Positions 40,514 through 53,324 of a stretch of 64,000 nt of DNA are shown one piece after another. The position numbers and the translations under genes are program-made. Within the stretch, counting starts at the first letter, position 1. Every line of letters begins with the position of its first letter. The DNA comes from Phoronis australis (taxonomy: Eukaryota; Animalia; Phoronida), in assembly GCA_002633005.1 (NCBI GenBank), contig NMRA01000251.1:1-64000 (forward strand). Reading direction: 5' to 3'. Under the pieces are notes generated by a model. It saw nothing but the letters and a program-made list of their open reading frames with translations, had not been told where the DNA came from and searched no databases.

Positions 40514-41255
40514 TGTTGTTTGTGACGTCAGTAAAACAACTACCAATCGGCTTCTATCAACGAGGGCGGTGTTTCCTTTAGGACATCACTTTATCGTAAT
40601 ATAAGTGTAAAGAAAATTAGATACTTCTTACAAGCGAATCTAGCATGACTCGGGGAGCTACATGTACCACCAATTTCAAAATTAAATTGTTCCCGTAATT
40701 CCGGCATGTCGGTGACGTTCTTTTTCGATTCTCGAAGGGACCGGGTTTCCTCCTTAATCTGCAAATGGGTTTACCGCTTTGTCATGCCATGCAGAAGTCA
40801 AAAGTTAAGCTAAAACAAAGCAAGCGTTCTTATCGTAGAAAGATATTAATTTATGACGAGTAACCTTAAGCCAATATAATGCAACTGTTGTCAGAGGTCT
40901 ATAGTAATTGCTTCATATTCACAAATTTGAAAATTTCAAATGTTTTTGTTTTTCAATTCTCTGTAGTGATCATTGTAATGTCGGTATCCTATGAAGCTGG
41001 GTTTAGTATTCAACCCTCCCAAATGCATGTACAGGTACTGTGTGGATATCTTGAGAATATTGCCTAAACACGACCTGACTGGACGTACATGTACATGTAC
41101 CTGTATCTACTTTGTCGCAAAAGCTGTGATAGTGAAATTTTGTTATCACAACAAAATAAAAAGTGGGGTTCTGCAGCACAAGGTCCTTCACATTTCTTCG
41201 AAAATTATGTTACAAAGGCTGTTAAGTTTAGATTCCCGCCTAGAAGTACAAAAAA

Positions 41256-41478
41256 CATGCGCGTACCCGGGGAGGCGGGCCTCTCAGGGGGCTCGAATGA
41301 CCCCCCCGAAGTGGGAAAAATGTCCCCCTAAGAGAAACAAAAAGTCCAAAAAGGAAGGATCTTACAAAAAATCGGCGAATGCACAATTCATAGCTCTGAA
41401 CGTATCTCGTTTTTTTTGGTAGAAGGTTAAAATTCTCAAAAATTCGGGCTCCCAATTTTTAGGCTGGGTGCGCGCATG
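41256..41478. mobile_element. MITE with CATGCGCG(T/C)ACCC terminal inverted repeats
   Basis: catgcgcgtacccgg ... ctgggtgcgcgcatg. Confidence 0.7.
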
Positions 41479-42149
41479 AAAAGATGTGTTATATATACAT
41501 GTATACACAACTACATTTACCTCTTCGTTGGGGTATCGAGCACAAGAAACGATAAAAAGCACGCAACCGATAACTACTCTATGTCTTAAAGTAGTTTTAG
41601 CATGCTTTCTGGGATTTTCTTGTGAACAGGCGCCATGGGTAAATACTGGATTAGCGTAAAAATGTCTTTGTTTTATCTCCGTCGTATGTTTCAGTGACGT
41701 CAAATTTCGGGAGCACTGTAAGATAGCAAACTGTCGCATCCATTACATTTTAGTTACAACAATTTGTGGGATTAGGGCTAACACGGCGTTCAAAGGTAGC
41801 ATTTTTGATTTCGAAAAAGGCATGCATTATTTTGCGGTAAGGCTATGTAATTACAAATATATGCCAGATCTTAACGCTTCATATCGCCGCGCTTGAGCAA
41901 CGTAATATCGGGCGGTAGTCGATTAGGGCAACTGAACGAAACACTGTTCGAAACAAAATGTTTGCGGGGGTATTTGTTTGGTCTGTGAAGAGTTAAAGAC
42001 ATCAACAGCCTCTAAAGATGTCCCTCCCTTCGCAAACGGTACTTGGTTATACAGAAATTTTCTATGCACGACACTTTTCATTGTTCACAGTTTTTATTCC
42101 GTTACGTTCGTACTTTCGGAACAAAACTCTACTCTCAACTGAACATAGA

Positions 42150-42413
42150 TACAGTAACTGACCTAGAGACATAATTAAAAGACACACGATATTTCGAAAC
42201 ATACTTGTTTCATTCTCAAGTGAAGATAAAATGACGCAATAATGCCACCACAGAGCATAAGCTGACGACACACACAGTGAGACACGGCGGGTGTGAAATA
42301 CTGCAAAGAATGACTAATGAACGGGAGTAACAGGAAAGTCACGAAAACAAGTGTAACGTGCGGCGCGGCCCTGTTTGCTGCTCATTCAAAACAGGCTTCT
42401 CAAAAGCAATTAA
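42150..42413 (-). mobile_element. Penelope-like element 3' part (end of GIY-YIG ORF plus 3' tail)
   Basis: Removing 42414-44937 restores LRLKVLESLLIAFEKPVLNEQQTGPRRTLHLFS*, with TGA at 42339-42341. The distal boundary is approximate. Confidence 0.85.
42185..42222 (-). ncRNA. Minimal type-I hammerhead ribozyme, U3-A8 variant, in the Penelope 3' tail
   Basis: The minus strand reads cac-UUGAGAA-U-GAAAC-aaguau-GUUUC-GAAA-ua-UC-gug. This gives a 3-bp stem I, the variant core, a 5-bp stem II and a vestigial stem III with an AUC cleavage triplet, ~120 nt after the PLE stop codon. Confidence 0.6.
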
Positions 42414-44933
42414 AGTCCTGGTCTCACACTTTGTTAAACCTTATTACATGGTTAGAGGATGTTATAAAGATCCGAGAAGTACCTACCCCATAACTAATGC
42501 ACGATCCGTACTCAAAAAAATTAAATGAACGCGCCACTCACGATTCGCACCCGAAGAACCACCGCCGTTTTGAACTTGCCGCGAACCCGGAAGTAAAGTT
42601 CATACAGGAACCCAGGCTAAGAAAACGCTGTTAGTGTGAATGGACGAGTGCCTGTTACCAGCCTGAAAACATGGATAAAATAATGGACAGCGCGCCTTAA
42701 TTGTTATAAAATCAAAATACGGACAATTTTATCGAATTTGCTGAAGAAATGTGGTGAATAAATTTTGACAGAAATTATTTTTGCCGGACTCGGGACCGCA
42801 GCCTATTGGACCCGGTGCGGATCGAGATAAGACACTGGCGAACGGTAAACGCATGCGGTTGCAAGCTGTTTTGTCGAAGTAAAATGTTCAAATCATAAAT
42901 GCTGTATATATTCAGTTTCAGACACTTGCATAAAATTAAGGGCTGGTTAATCCTGTGTCACTCTGCAGCGGCAGCCTCAGTGCCAGCTACCAGTATGAAG
43001 ACTACCGTCAAAATACAGCTAGCTAGTTAGGAGGCCCATGCAACTTTTGCGCCAAGGCTACCCTTAGGCCTAACTGGTCGCTGGCCACAGCGGTCACCCA
43101 AACGATGTTTATTTAGAAGTTGGGTACTTCTGGCGAACTGTGCAAAGTTCTTGGCTTTCAACAGAGATTTTCCCAGACTTCGTATGAGCGCACCAAGCTT
43201 AAAAAAATGGGGGGGCTGGAATTTTTGGGAATGTCTATCTTTTACTAGAAGATTCACGGGGTATGTTCAGTGTTATGAATTGCAGACGCTAAATTTTGGT
43301 ACTTCCTGTTTTTTAGTGGAATACCGTCTCGTTTTCTACTTTTTGGGAGTTCGTGCTTCTCTGACTGAGGCAGACCTTTTTCCATTTCTCCAAATAGGGG
43401 GGCTCGTTCGAGCACATAAGTATGACATGTCCAATACAGAATGATATCATTTTTTATTCATTAAGCCAAAACGATTCAACCTTTTAACATGATAAGTAAC
43501 TTAAAATGTACAATACTTTAGAACAGTTATCATTACAAACACTATCAAACAGCAAAAGTTTCCACGATATGAAAGTGGACATATATGTAACTATTACCAT
43601 GGTGACCGAATAGTATTTCCTTACACCAGAATTTGACAAGCATGATTAAAATATGAAGTTGCAAGGAACAAGAATTAGAGGCTTGAAGCTTCACAATCCA
43701 ACTTAGCTTATTTCTCAAATTAAGATTATTCATATTGTTGACTTGCTAACCTGAATTAAGAAGCAATAAGTTACAAAACATGACTTGAAAGCAATCGAGA
43801 CTTAAATTTTAGAAAAACATGAATCATTTTGTGACACCTAATCAAGCCTTGAACAGCAGTTGATAGTCAAACAAAAAACCATTTCAAAATTATTTCAGCT
43901 ATTTTTAGGTTAGTGTAAGATCACCTGAATGGGAAATTCACAATAAAATAATTCGAATTTTCTGATATTTTTGCACAAAAAAACAAAGATCCTTTTTTGT
44001 AGCAACGTTTGTCAAAATGTATCAACGTTAAATCTTTACACATTACAAAGTAACAGGTTGAACATGCCTTCCAGTTCAGCAAAAGTCGCCATGTTGTCGA
44101 TGCCGCCAGAAATGAGACGAAGTCCAACGGGAGTTGTGAGCACATTTATCACTTAATGAGTAACAACTGCGAGGCTGAAATTTGGTGAACACGTTTGAAT
44201 TGTAAGTAAAAATATGTCTCATTAAATTTCACCGTAAATTGTTGGCAAAAACAATTTACACAAAGTTTTAAACTCGTAACTTATACCGCTGTCCTCCAAT
44301 ATGGCCGACGTGATCCAAACAAAGTGACCCAAATTTCGCCACAAAAATTGCACTAACTTTACAGTGCTTGCCCCGATTGTGATACTTTTTCGATTTTTAC
44401 TGAGTGGAATGCAATAACTTTCCGATGATAGCAAAGAACTTTTTCAAAACGAGAAAAAAATCAAAACGGAAAAAATTGGCTCGACTCGTATTGATTCCTA
44501 GGTTCGATCGTCCTACGTAAGGAACTAAACACCAATGCTATTTTAACATAATAAGTACGCGTAACATTCCAAAAAATTCAACGACCACTAACTACAAACT
44601 ATAAATACACTACACACACAAACGAATCACGAGATATTACTAATAAAGCGAAATAATGAAGACTTTTCGAGCAAGCGATAGCACATTCAGTTACAAGGAA
44701 AAAAATGCCGGCGTTCAGGAAAAGTTCCTGAACTGATGAGCCGGAAATGTGGGTACGGAAATAACCGATGACAGCCGGTAATTATACGCTCACAGAGAAG
44801 GGTCAAATACTGTTAAAAATCCCTTTTGGCAAGAAAGGCGAAAAGAATATAAAGAAAGGGTGTCGAAAAAAAGATTTTATGTAGTAAGTATTTTCGGATA
44901 CTGGAACCAAATGGGCACTTTGAGACCAGGACT
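42414..44933. mobile_element. Kolobok-type non-autonomous DNA transposon (2.5 kb), TTAA TSD
   Basis: ttaa|AGTCCTGGTCTCA ... TGAGACCAGGACT|ttaa: perfect 13-bp TIRs, RR...YY termini and a duplicated TTAA. Confidence 0.88.
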
Positions 44934-46445
44934 TTAAAAGGGATTCTAATACTTTCAAACGCAGCACATCTTGCTCCACGTAGCGAATTGACGTGTTTTC
45001 CACAATTTCTTGACGGGTGTTTTACGTGCGTGCATTGGAGAAAATGATCTTGAATGGCGCCATTTTGAAGATGCATGGATAACCGACGGGAAAGACTGCA
45101 AACCGTTTGACCAATGTAACATTGTTTGACGTTTGAACGGAGACATTCGTTCATAGGGCATACATACTCATAAACAACTGTGCAACGGGGCGGACTTTCG
45201 CTTTAGAAATATTATTTTTCATGACCAAGTTGGAGGACTTCCTATTAGGATAATAAATAATAACATCGAGGTGATCATCAGGCTTAAAAACTTTAACATT
45301 GTCCCTTATAATTTTCTTAATGGCGTGTGAGTCGTCCTGGAGGTAATTATTAGACATGAAAGTTTTGTAAAATATCTTTTGGTGACACCAGTCCGACGTG
45401 CAGGGACTTCATGGCTAATTCTGGACACAAATCGCTTAATATGGAAATCCACAAAAGCATTGGTATACCTAATTACCCACCAGTGTTTGTCTTATGCGAT
45501 CTACCTACTGAACAATAGCCAGTTGGACGAGACCGAATACGCCCTCTTTAGGAAGTTGACCACATTGGCGACCTTATACCGCTCAGGGCACTCACTTTTG
45601 GCGTGGAGACAGAAACCAGGCTTGTGGTAAACTGATGTAGAAAATTCAGATGGAGAATGGTTCACAAGAACGTCCAAAAACGGAATCTTGTCATTTACAG
45701 GAAGCTCGTGAGTAAACTTCAATACAGAGTGACGCTAAGTTCATCACGTGCTGATAACAAGTCATCAAAGGCTCAATAAACAAAAATATCATCTACATAA
45801 CGTACATAGATAGGAATACCACCAATCACATTGCTAGCCCTTTTTTCACTTAAGACATATAAAATTCCGAGAAAGTGGGACCCAGAGGAGAGCCCATGCT
45901 TACACCATCTTTTTGCAAAAACAATTTCCCATTTGTATGGCGAAATGGCACTTTGGTTGTGCAGATCGTTAACAACTCTCTCATATGAGTTGGTGAAATG
46001 TCGGGTGGCTCTAAGTGTGGGTGACGGTATACACTATCCAAAATGATAGTGATGGTCTCATCTACCGGTACGTTGGTGAACGAAGACTCAGCGTTAAGCG
46101 ACATAGGTTGATATTGGGGGATGGCACTTGGGTGCGCAAAATGTCAATGAAATCCTCACGACATTTGATGGAGTAACGGCTCTGAATGTACGGCTTTATG
46201 ATGTTATCTAGATGCTTCGCTGTCTTGTACGTAGGCGTCAGGACTTGGGATATTATCGGCCGTAGAGGAACATCTTGTTTGTGTATTTTGGGGTTACCAT
46301 AGAGATAACCTTCGGAGTAATCACCTTCGATTTCGGAGAAAATGCGACGACCAGCCTCAGCATTTATAGCCCTAATGTGACGGTTCAATTCACGTTTAAG
46401 GTCAATGAGGGGTGACAGACTAATGCTGGTAAACTTGGAAGGGTC
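44934..46445 (-). mobile_element. Penelope-like retroelement, 5'-truncated RT and GIY-YIG region (decayed)
   Basis: YLYGNPKIHKQDVPLRPIISQV, SxFTNVPVDETI, QKDGVSMGSPLGPTFSEFYM, YVRYVDDIF (45785-45810), KFTHE...KIPFLDVLV, and CYIGQT...LSRRLSMH (GIY-YIG). Frameshifted. Confidence 0.95.
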
Positions 46446-48124
46446 ACATACATGTATACATGTACTTGTAGCAACGCGACTTTGATGGTTTAATCAGTTA
46501 AAGGCATAATTCGCCGAAATGCTTCCGACGTACGGAGGGCCTATGGGATGGCCAATGCCTCTACTGTGGTCAGATATGAGAAGCAGTTGTTTCTGTTTGA
46601 CGTCAAGTAAAAAACAACAAGTGAAACATTTGCCTTAGCGCCTTGAGAGGCAAAATCCTCACTGTTCATTTTGCCACAGTCGTGAGCCGTATAAGCTGAC
46701 TTAAGGCTCGTAACTTGCCGTCTGCCCTTGTAAATTTAAACTGTAGCCTTGACCAGACCGAGGGTCTGATTTACGCGCTGTTATTCGTCGTTATTCATGT
46801 ACCCCACTTGCAATTCAGTAGTTGAGCTTAAGCTTTTAATTCAAAGTCTTAAATCCGGGAACTTACAATCTCACACCTAGGGAATCACATTTTTTGATTG
46901 GTCACAGCACGAAATTTCAAGCGACGTGAAAGCTGGCATAGTCAAGTCCTGTTTGGGGCTATATCTCAGAACCAGGTATACGACATCACTAGTATATCAG
47001 TTCAATTCAGTGACAGGGATTTGTCTGAAATAGTTTCTCATTTCATTGCATATGTTAAATGCCTGGCTATGATATGTCACATAGCAGCAACAAAAGCGCA
47101 CTTCAGTTCATCAGCCACAATCAGTGAAGTTCACGGCGCATAAGTACATGAAAGCCCACTACTGTATGTATAAGGCCAAATTATAAACCCGTGCTAGGAA
47201 CCCGTGACGTCATCATGTGCATGTAACTGTTCAGTGGCTCAGAAAGTATTACTGTCAATTTTTCAGTCCACCTCACGTGCAAACAAAGAGAATCCGAACT
47301 TGTTACAGCTAACAGACTTGAAATTACATGACGCAGACCAAACTATTAAAATAAGCACTTAAAAAATGCATCGTACGAGCAATTAACGATAAGACGCGAA
47401 TGCAATTCTGTGTCACAATACACGTCATTTGCTTGAGCCCATTAACTCGTGCACGCAGTCCGTGCACGCGCTTTGCGATCGCTGTGACATAATTTTGTTG
47501 GTTGTTTTGCATTAACAACGACAGTAAGATGACCCCAGAAAAATCGCATTTCACTTATTGTTCCATCTCCTGAAAATAATATTCAAAACCCTGAGGAAAA
47601 ACCTGGTAGCTAACTAACCCAAGCGAGTGATCGCCATACAACCACTAATAACAGCCCAAACAAATGGATTACTTATCAAACAAATATCACAACAAAGGTT
47701 TTGAATCACATACACGATAAAGGGGTGATGCTGACCTCGCCGGGCGGGAACGACGTTGCACTCACGTTGAACGCTACATCCCATACCACAAAGTATACGA
47801 ATACGAAATACGAAACTTTTCGAACGTAATTTCACTTTGATAGCACTTGACACTAAGTCGGTTAAGTACATGACTACTTACACACAGTCTTCGCGGTGCC
47901 TACAGTAATTGTCACAAAGAACATGCCCTGAATCTTATTGCTACCGTCCGAAACTAGAGACAAATTTTTGAAATCTCACGAACTCACGAAGGATGAGTTA
48001 AAGCCATCAGGGTTCAGTTAACAAATTATGTGTCTGCCAATACGGAAGAAAATCAACACAGCTTTACACTCTCCATGATCTTGATAATGTAAAAATCATT
48101 AAAATCAATATTTATAATCGTGAC

Positions 48125-48275
48125 ATCATTAACTTGTCAACATTTTATTAAAATGTTGCCAACATTTTCAAAAAAATTGTCGAAATTTCTAAAACCTTCT
48201 CAACGTTATAAATATATAAGTTGCCAACATTTTCAAAAAATCTTGTCAACATTTTATTTTTTGTCAACATTCCAT
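48125..48275 (+). repeat. Short degenerate repeat array (ttg[t/c]caacatttt units)
   Basis: At least five copies of ttg(t/c)caacatt. Confidence 0.6.
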
Positions 48276-48659
48276 ATTCTTATAAAGCACATTCTGATTC
48301 GAAGAGCAAAGCGATTTATCGCACATTACATGACATAAACCGTAGGCATTACCACCTAGCAGCCTAGTCAGGGAAGTAAATAGAAGCCGATATAAGTCTG
48401 AAATTTGAAAGTTTGTTGCATGCTTTTGTTTTGTGTACTCCTACTTAAATCATGATCTTGTTGAGAAGTTGAAAATTGCTTGGATCGCTGGATGTGGGCA
48501 TAAGCAATGCGCAAAAATCGTTAATGGGGTTTTAAAATGTTGGCAACAATAACAAGAGCAACGCAGGGCCTTGAAACGCGACCACGAATGCACTGCAAAT
48601 GGTGTGCTTCTAGGGATGTTCATTTGTATCATAAAAATGGTCAGTAGATGGCACAAAAT

Positions 48660-49750
48660 ACGTGGAATCCATCCGAAACAAGAACATACATTGAATCATT
48701 ATTTTTTAATTGAATGCTATTTACCGAATTTCAAGGAACTTCAGAGAAACAAAGTAAAACAAAAAAGATTTTACCATTAGGGGGTACAGCGTTCGTCGGA
48801 TCCGTCTGAAAGTCGTCGTTTGCTGTCAAAGGATACTGCAGTGGGCTTAAGAGATACCGAAATGAGCGCAAAAAACTGCCACTAGGAGGTGCCACATTAG
48901 TCAAATTCTATGAAAAATCATGGTCAACCGTCCTCCTCATCCTAAAAACATATACAGAGTGTATGCCAATCTTAGAGTAATTTGATTGATAGAGGGGCGG
49001 ACGCCAAAAATTAGAGTCTGGGACGGTAAAAATGGCCACTAAATGACGCAAAATAATTCGAATCCATCCGAAAATTCGAACATGTCATCGTTTCCTGAGA
49101 GGAAAGCCATTTCCAAAATTTCATAAAATCTGCTTTGGAACTTCAGAGAAACAGGGGGAAATGAAATTGCACTGGGACGCACAGCATTGGTCGGATCCGT
49201 TCAAAAGTCGTCGTCGTACTTGTACGTTGCAACTTCGTATACCTGTAAGTACACTTGCTAAATTTAATAAAAATCCTGCTGTAGATTAAACATATACAGC
49301 TATCGGCGCAAAATGCGAAACTGCCACTAGGAGGCGCCACAGACGTTGAAGTCGTAGGAAAATCATCGTCAATTGTCCTCTTTAAACTAAGAACATATAT
49401 GGCAATTTTCACGATCACCCTTGGAGGAATTTGGCTGATAGAGGGATGGACACCAAACACAGACTCGGAAACCGTAAAAATGGCTACTAAGTGGAGCTAA
49501 ATATCTCAAATCCGTCCGAAAACAGGATAATGGCTTCATCTAACTAATTGACGCCTATGTGCTAAATATCATGAATGATCTGTAGAGGACCTTTGAAGAT
49601 ACAGGAGTTAAACATAAAAAGGTAAAATTGCCACTAAGGGGCACACCAGTAGTCAGATCCGTCCGAAATTCATCTTCATCCGTTGTCAGTTTCATAGGAA
49701 CACATCTGCTGAATCTCATCAAGATCCTATAAGGAGTTTAGAAGATGCAG
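48660..49750 (+). repeat. Degenerate tandem array, ~445-bp period
   Basis: aaactgccactaggagg at ~48873 and ~49318, a partial third unit at ~49625, and recurring atcc(a/g)tccgaaa and cggatccgt blocks. Confidence 0.7.
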
Positions 49751-49958
49751 CTCCGGAAGCCGGACGACTTACGCCGGATGTCCACTCAGACAGAGATGGC
49801 GGCAATATGCATCCACGTATAAATACATGTATCATAGCTCTTCCTTACTCTGAAACCGTGACCGTTATAATTCACTTTTTACCACCCCAGTATTTTGAAT
49901 ATTCTTCCTCCGCTGGCAAGTTTTGGAATTATTTTCGTTAAACATGCATTTCCTTTAA

Positions 49959-51060
49959 AGAGGACGGGAACGCGTAAAATAGCCCAGATCAAATCATTAA
50001 AAGTGGTTTTCTTCCACTAAAACAGAAATCAAACTGCTCACCTGTGGTATTTTTAAGTTGTTTTTTTTTTCGTAAAAATTTTGAATTTCTATTGATGTGA
50101 AAACTTTAAAAAAAAACGTAAAGGCTTATGTCAATCGTCATTTTGTCAATTTTTCTTCCACAAGGCAAAACGCGTCTGCTTGTTTGGTATGGAAAGAAAT
50201 AAATGCTGCACAATTTGCCTGGTATGGAAAATGTGACCTTTAAAGTTTGATGTAAACAAAACAAGTGCGATTTCAACCTGAAACCAGAGAGACTTCTTTC
50301 AGGGCACGGGGAGCGCATATACACGACTGGAGACGGAGAGCTTGCATTGTCACGGGTACAATAAAATCCCACGCACGAGCAGTGCTGTAGTTGGGCGTAG
50401 GCGCACGTAGGCGCAGCCAACCACTTCTCGGCATTTGAACGTAGATAGGCCTACTACGCGCCCTAAGTTGTGTTCAGTGCTCAGGGTGATACGGTGGGCT
50501 TTCAAGTTAGGCGCCTACTTACCTCTAATTTTACCACTACAGCACTGCGCACGAGCATAGCATCTTACGCACAAACTCGCTACGACCCTATGAGCCATGG
50601 ACACGATTCCATGAATGCTGCTTACGCAAAATACGTGCGCACGAACCACACTGAATCACACATACGAACACAAATCATGCGCACGCATCAACAAGCTATA
50701 AAGAGTTCGTGCATGGAATTCGATACCCGTGTGTATGATTTTGTGTTGGTGAGTATGATTTTGGTTCGTATGCGTGATTTTTGGGTTCGTATGCACGATT
50801 CAGAATTGTGTAGTTGTTTTTTTTGCGTAAGATGCAATAGATTGTGCGTATAATTCTATGGTACATGTACCCCTGATTGTTGCGAAAGACTTTATGTATG
50901 TATTTAGCCTGTTTCAACTGAAAATGTGGAATATGGCGATTTTTATTGGAAACTCTTGCCTTATTCAGTCAAAGCACACAAAATTAATCTCACGTTAGAA
51001 TCGCCGAGAAAAAAACTTCCACGGTTTGTTTAACGGGTAATTTTCGCGTTTCGTGCCCCT
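49959..51060. mobile_element. Kolobok-type MITE (1.1 kb), TTAA TSD
   Basis: ttaa|agaggacgggaacgcgtaaaatagccc ... cgggtaattttcgcgtttcgtgcccct|ttaa imperfect TIRs. A related fragment flanks the LTR at ~56150-57030. Confidence 0.75.
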
Positions 51061-52274
51061 TTAAATCTTTTTATTTTTGCCATTTCTTTTGAGCTAGTCG
51101 GTTAAGTCGCTGTTTACAAAGTAGTGCTGCATCTGCCATATGTTCATGTTTTCACAGAGTTTCCAATAATTTCATAGTGTGCCATTGGTACATACACGTT
51201 ACCACTGTATTTCTGTCTAGTTTAGGCCACTTGCATGCACAGTTATCCAATTATTGCTTATCTTATCTCATTCAATTGTGAATGAATTGACAGTCACTTA
51301 AATAGAAACACAACTTATATCTACCATCTGAATATGAAGTAGGTTGAACATTTTCAAATGTTTTAAGAACGATGGAGTTTTGTGTCGAAAATGATCCGAC
51401 GTAAAACACTCAACGGTTTCGTGACTAGATGTGGGGTAATGACACTGCATGATGCGGGTTATGTGAGCCCCCAAGGTACATGTACGTCATGAATGCAAAG
51501 GTCACCTATTTGCGTTTACAAGTAATGAATACAGCCTCACTTCGTTAAGCGTAAGTGACGTTGAAATAGCATTGCTGTTTATTTCCTCCAAATATTAGCT
51601 GGTAAGGAGCACGCAAATACATTTTAAGGGCCTAGTCAGTCATACACACAGCGTGACGACCTGTACTACGTGTTTGGACTGATCATGAGGAGTACGGCGT
51701 CGTCATGATCAATTTGATGTAGGAATAATACACCAGTCGAACAAATTTTTTTAAAATGTAGAAATCGACCCTACAGTATATTTAATTAGAAACTGTTTTG
51801 CCCAATAGCTTAAGAGTCGTGGCAAGTGCTGACAGCTTGCACCGTCGTTAGTGTGACCAGCAATGACGGCGAACTGGTTGGACTCGGTAGCCGTGGTGTT
51901 TTGAAAAAATCAGGAATATATGTGAGAGTTTGTTATAAATTGATGCATTACGTCGTTGGTGTAATATATTTCAAGCTGTCAGTAATATTTTATGAAGATG
52001 TGCGTGTGCTTCAAAAACATGTACATTTCAATAAACCCAAGCAGCAGAATTGCGAAATAACGCAGGTAAATGCTTGACACGTTAACCTGTTGAACACATG
52101 TTACCATGATGATGTAAATTCATTCATTTGAAAACAGTCCGTGTTGGCATGTGATCATAAATTTATCATTGACCGTTTCTTGCTGCCGTAAACCTGAGAC
52201 CCCAAACAAGAAGTGAACTTGTGAACGACTTCCAACCATGTAGACAAGTTGTTCGTTACTCAAATGAAGAGGAG

Positions 52275-52345
52275 GCAGTGTGACCTAGAGACGGAGTTGA
52301 GTGTCTGGCTCCTGTCATGGATGTCTTGGGTTCAAATTCTTCTGG
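52275..52345 (+). mobile_element. tRNA-derived SINE head, degenerate
   Basis: ggcagtgtgacctagagacgg (A-box-like) ... gggttcaaattc (B-box-like). Confidence 0.35.
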
Positions 52346-52448
52346 ACTCATGCACTGTCTAGCCTCTTGAGTTCTCCGGTCTCTAGTGTAGCTTGTCAAC
52401 TCGGCCTCAATTTGTGTATTTAGGATATGTGTATGTTAGTTAACAAGT

Positions 52449-53324
52449 TGTTTCACAGAAACAGGAACCCCGGTGAAAACGTTTATCCCTAGGTCGAAAA
52501 CAGACTCCCTCACCTTCAAAACTGCTAAACACCACGAAAAACACGAACCCCAACCTATAAAACAGAAACCCGGCGGTAGGGCATGACAACCAGGTACTCA
52601 AACACCACTCTTTCACTTTCTGTCAATCTTGAATTGTTTCAGTGATGAAAAAATGAATCTTCTTACTTAAGCTGCTGTGATATATTGTTTTACTATATAA
52701 GCATTTAGACAACTTATGACGGATTGGAGTTCTACGTTATTCTATTGCTAAAGTTGTGGTGCGATCCAGTTTTTCGTCGGCTTTCGACGCCATGAAATAT
52801 GTCACCCATTGTCCAGTTTCGTTTTCCCCAATTCTTCGAGCAATTGTTTTTCTTGTTCAAGGTTGCGTACAAGTCAAAACAAACTAACCAACAATGGCAC
52901 TCGATAGTCGAAATAATGTTGTTTTTCATTTTTGAAATATTTTTTGAGAGACTATTGAATAATTCACCGGGGTAACGACGTTTTAATGGTATAGGTTATG
53001 TTACAATTAACAAACAAGTTACACGAGTTATACCGATAAAAATCAAATAGAAGTCAATATAAAGTAAGTTAGGTTTTATTGCTGACAACTTTTAACTAAG
53101 AAATCCAAAGAAAACAACTGCGAACTACTTGAACTTACTTTAACTCAAAGTTTGAGGCTACTGACAACGGTCTAAGAAAATTTGGAAAATTGTCCGGAGG
53201 TCGGGATTCGTGTTTTTTTTTTTGNTTGGGGGGGGGGGGGTGGTTAGCTGCCTTCAAGGTGCAAGTGTCTGTTTTCGACTCCGGAATATCTGTTTTACGC
53301 CGGGGTTCCTGTTTCGATGGAACA
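52449..53324. mobile_element. Non-autonomous DNA transposon with ~100-bp imperfect TIRs
   Basis: tgtttcacagaaacaggaaccccgg..gtcgaaaacagac..aaaaacacgaaccc is mirrored by ggattcgtgttttt..gtctgttttcgac..ccggggttcctgtttcgatggaaca. N at 53224; no clear TSD. Confidence 0.8.

Noticed and set aside
44710-44770. Plus-strand hairpin followed by CTGATGAG...GAAA, resembling a type-III hammerhead
   Set aside because: There is no NUH triplet before stem I (it reads GCG), stem II does not close next to GAAA, and there is no stem III.
51826-52077. ORF ending ...EITQ|gtaaat as candidate rost-B exon 1
   Set aside because: No homology to rost. The true exon 1 is at 54325-54468.
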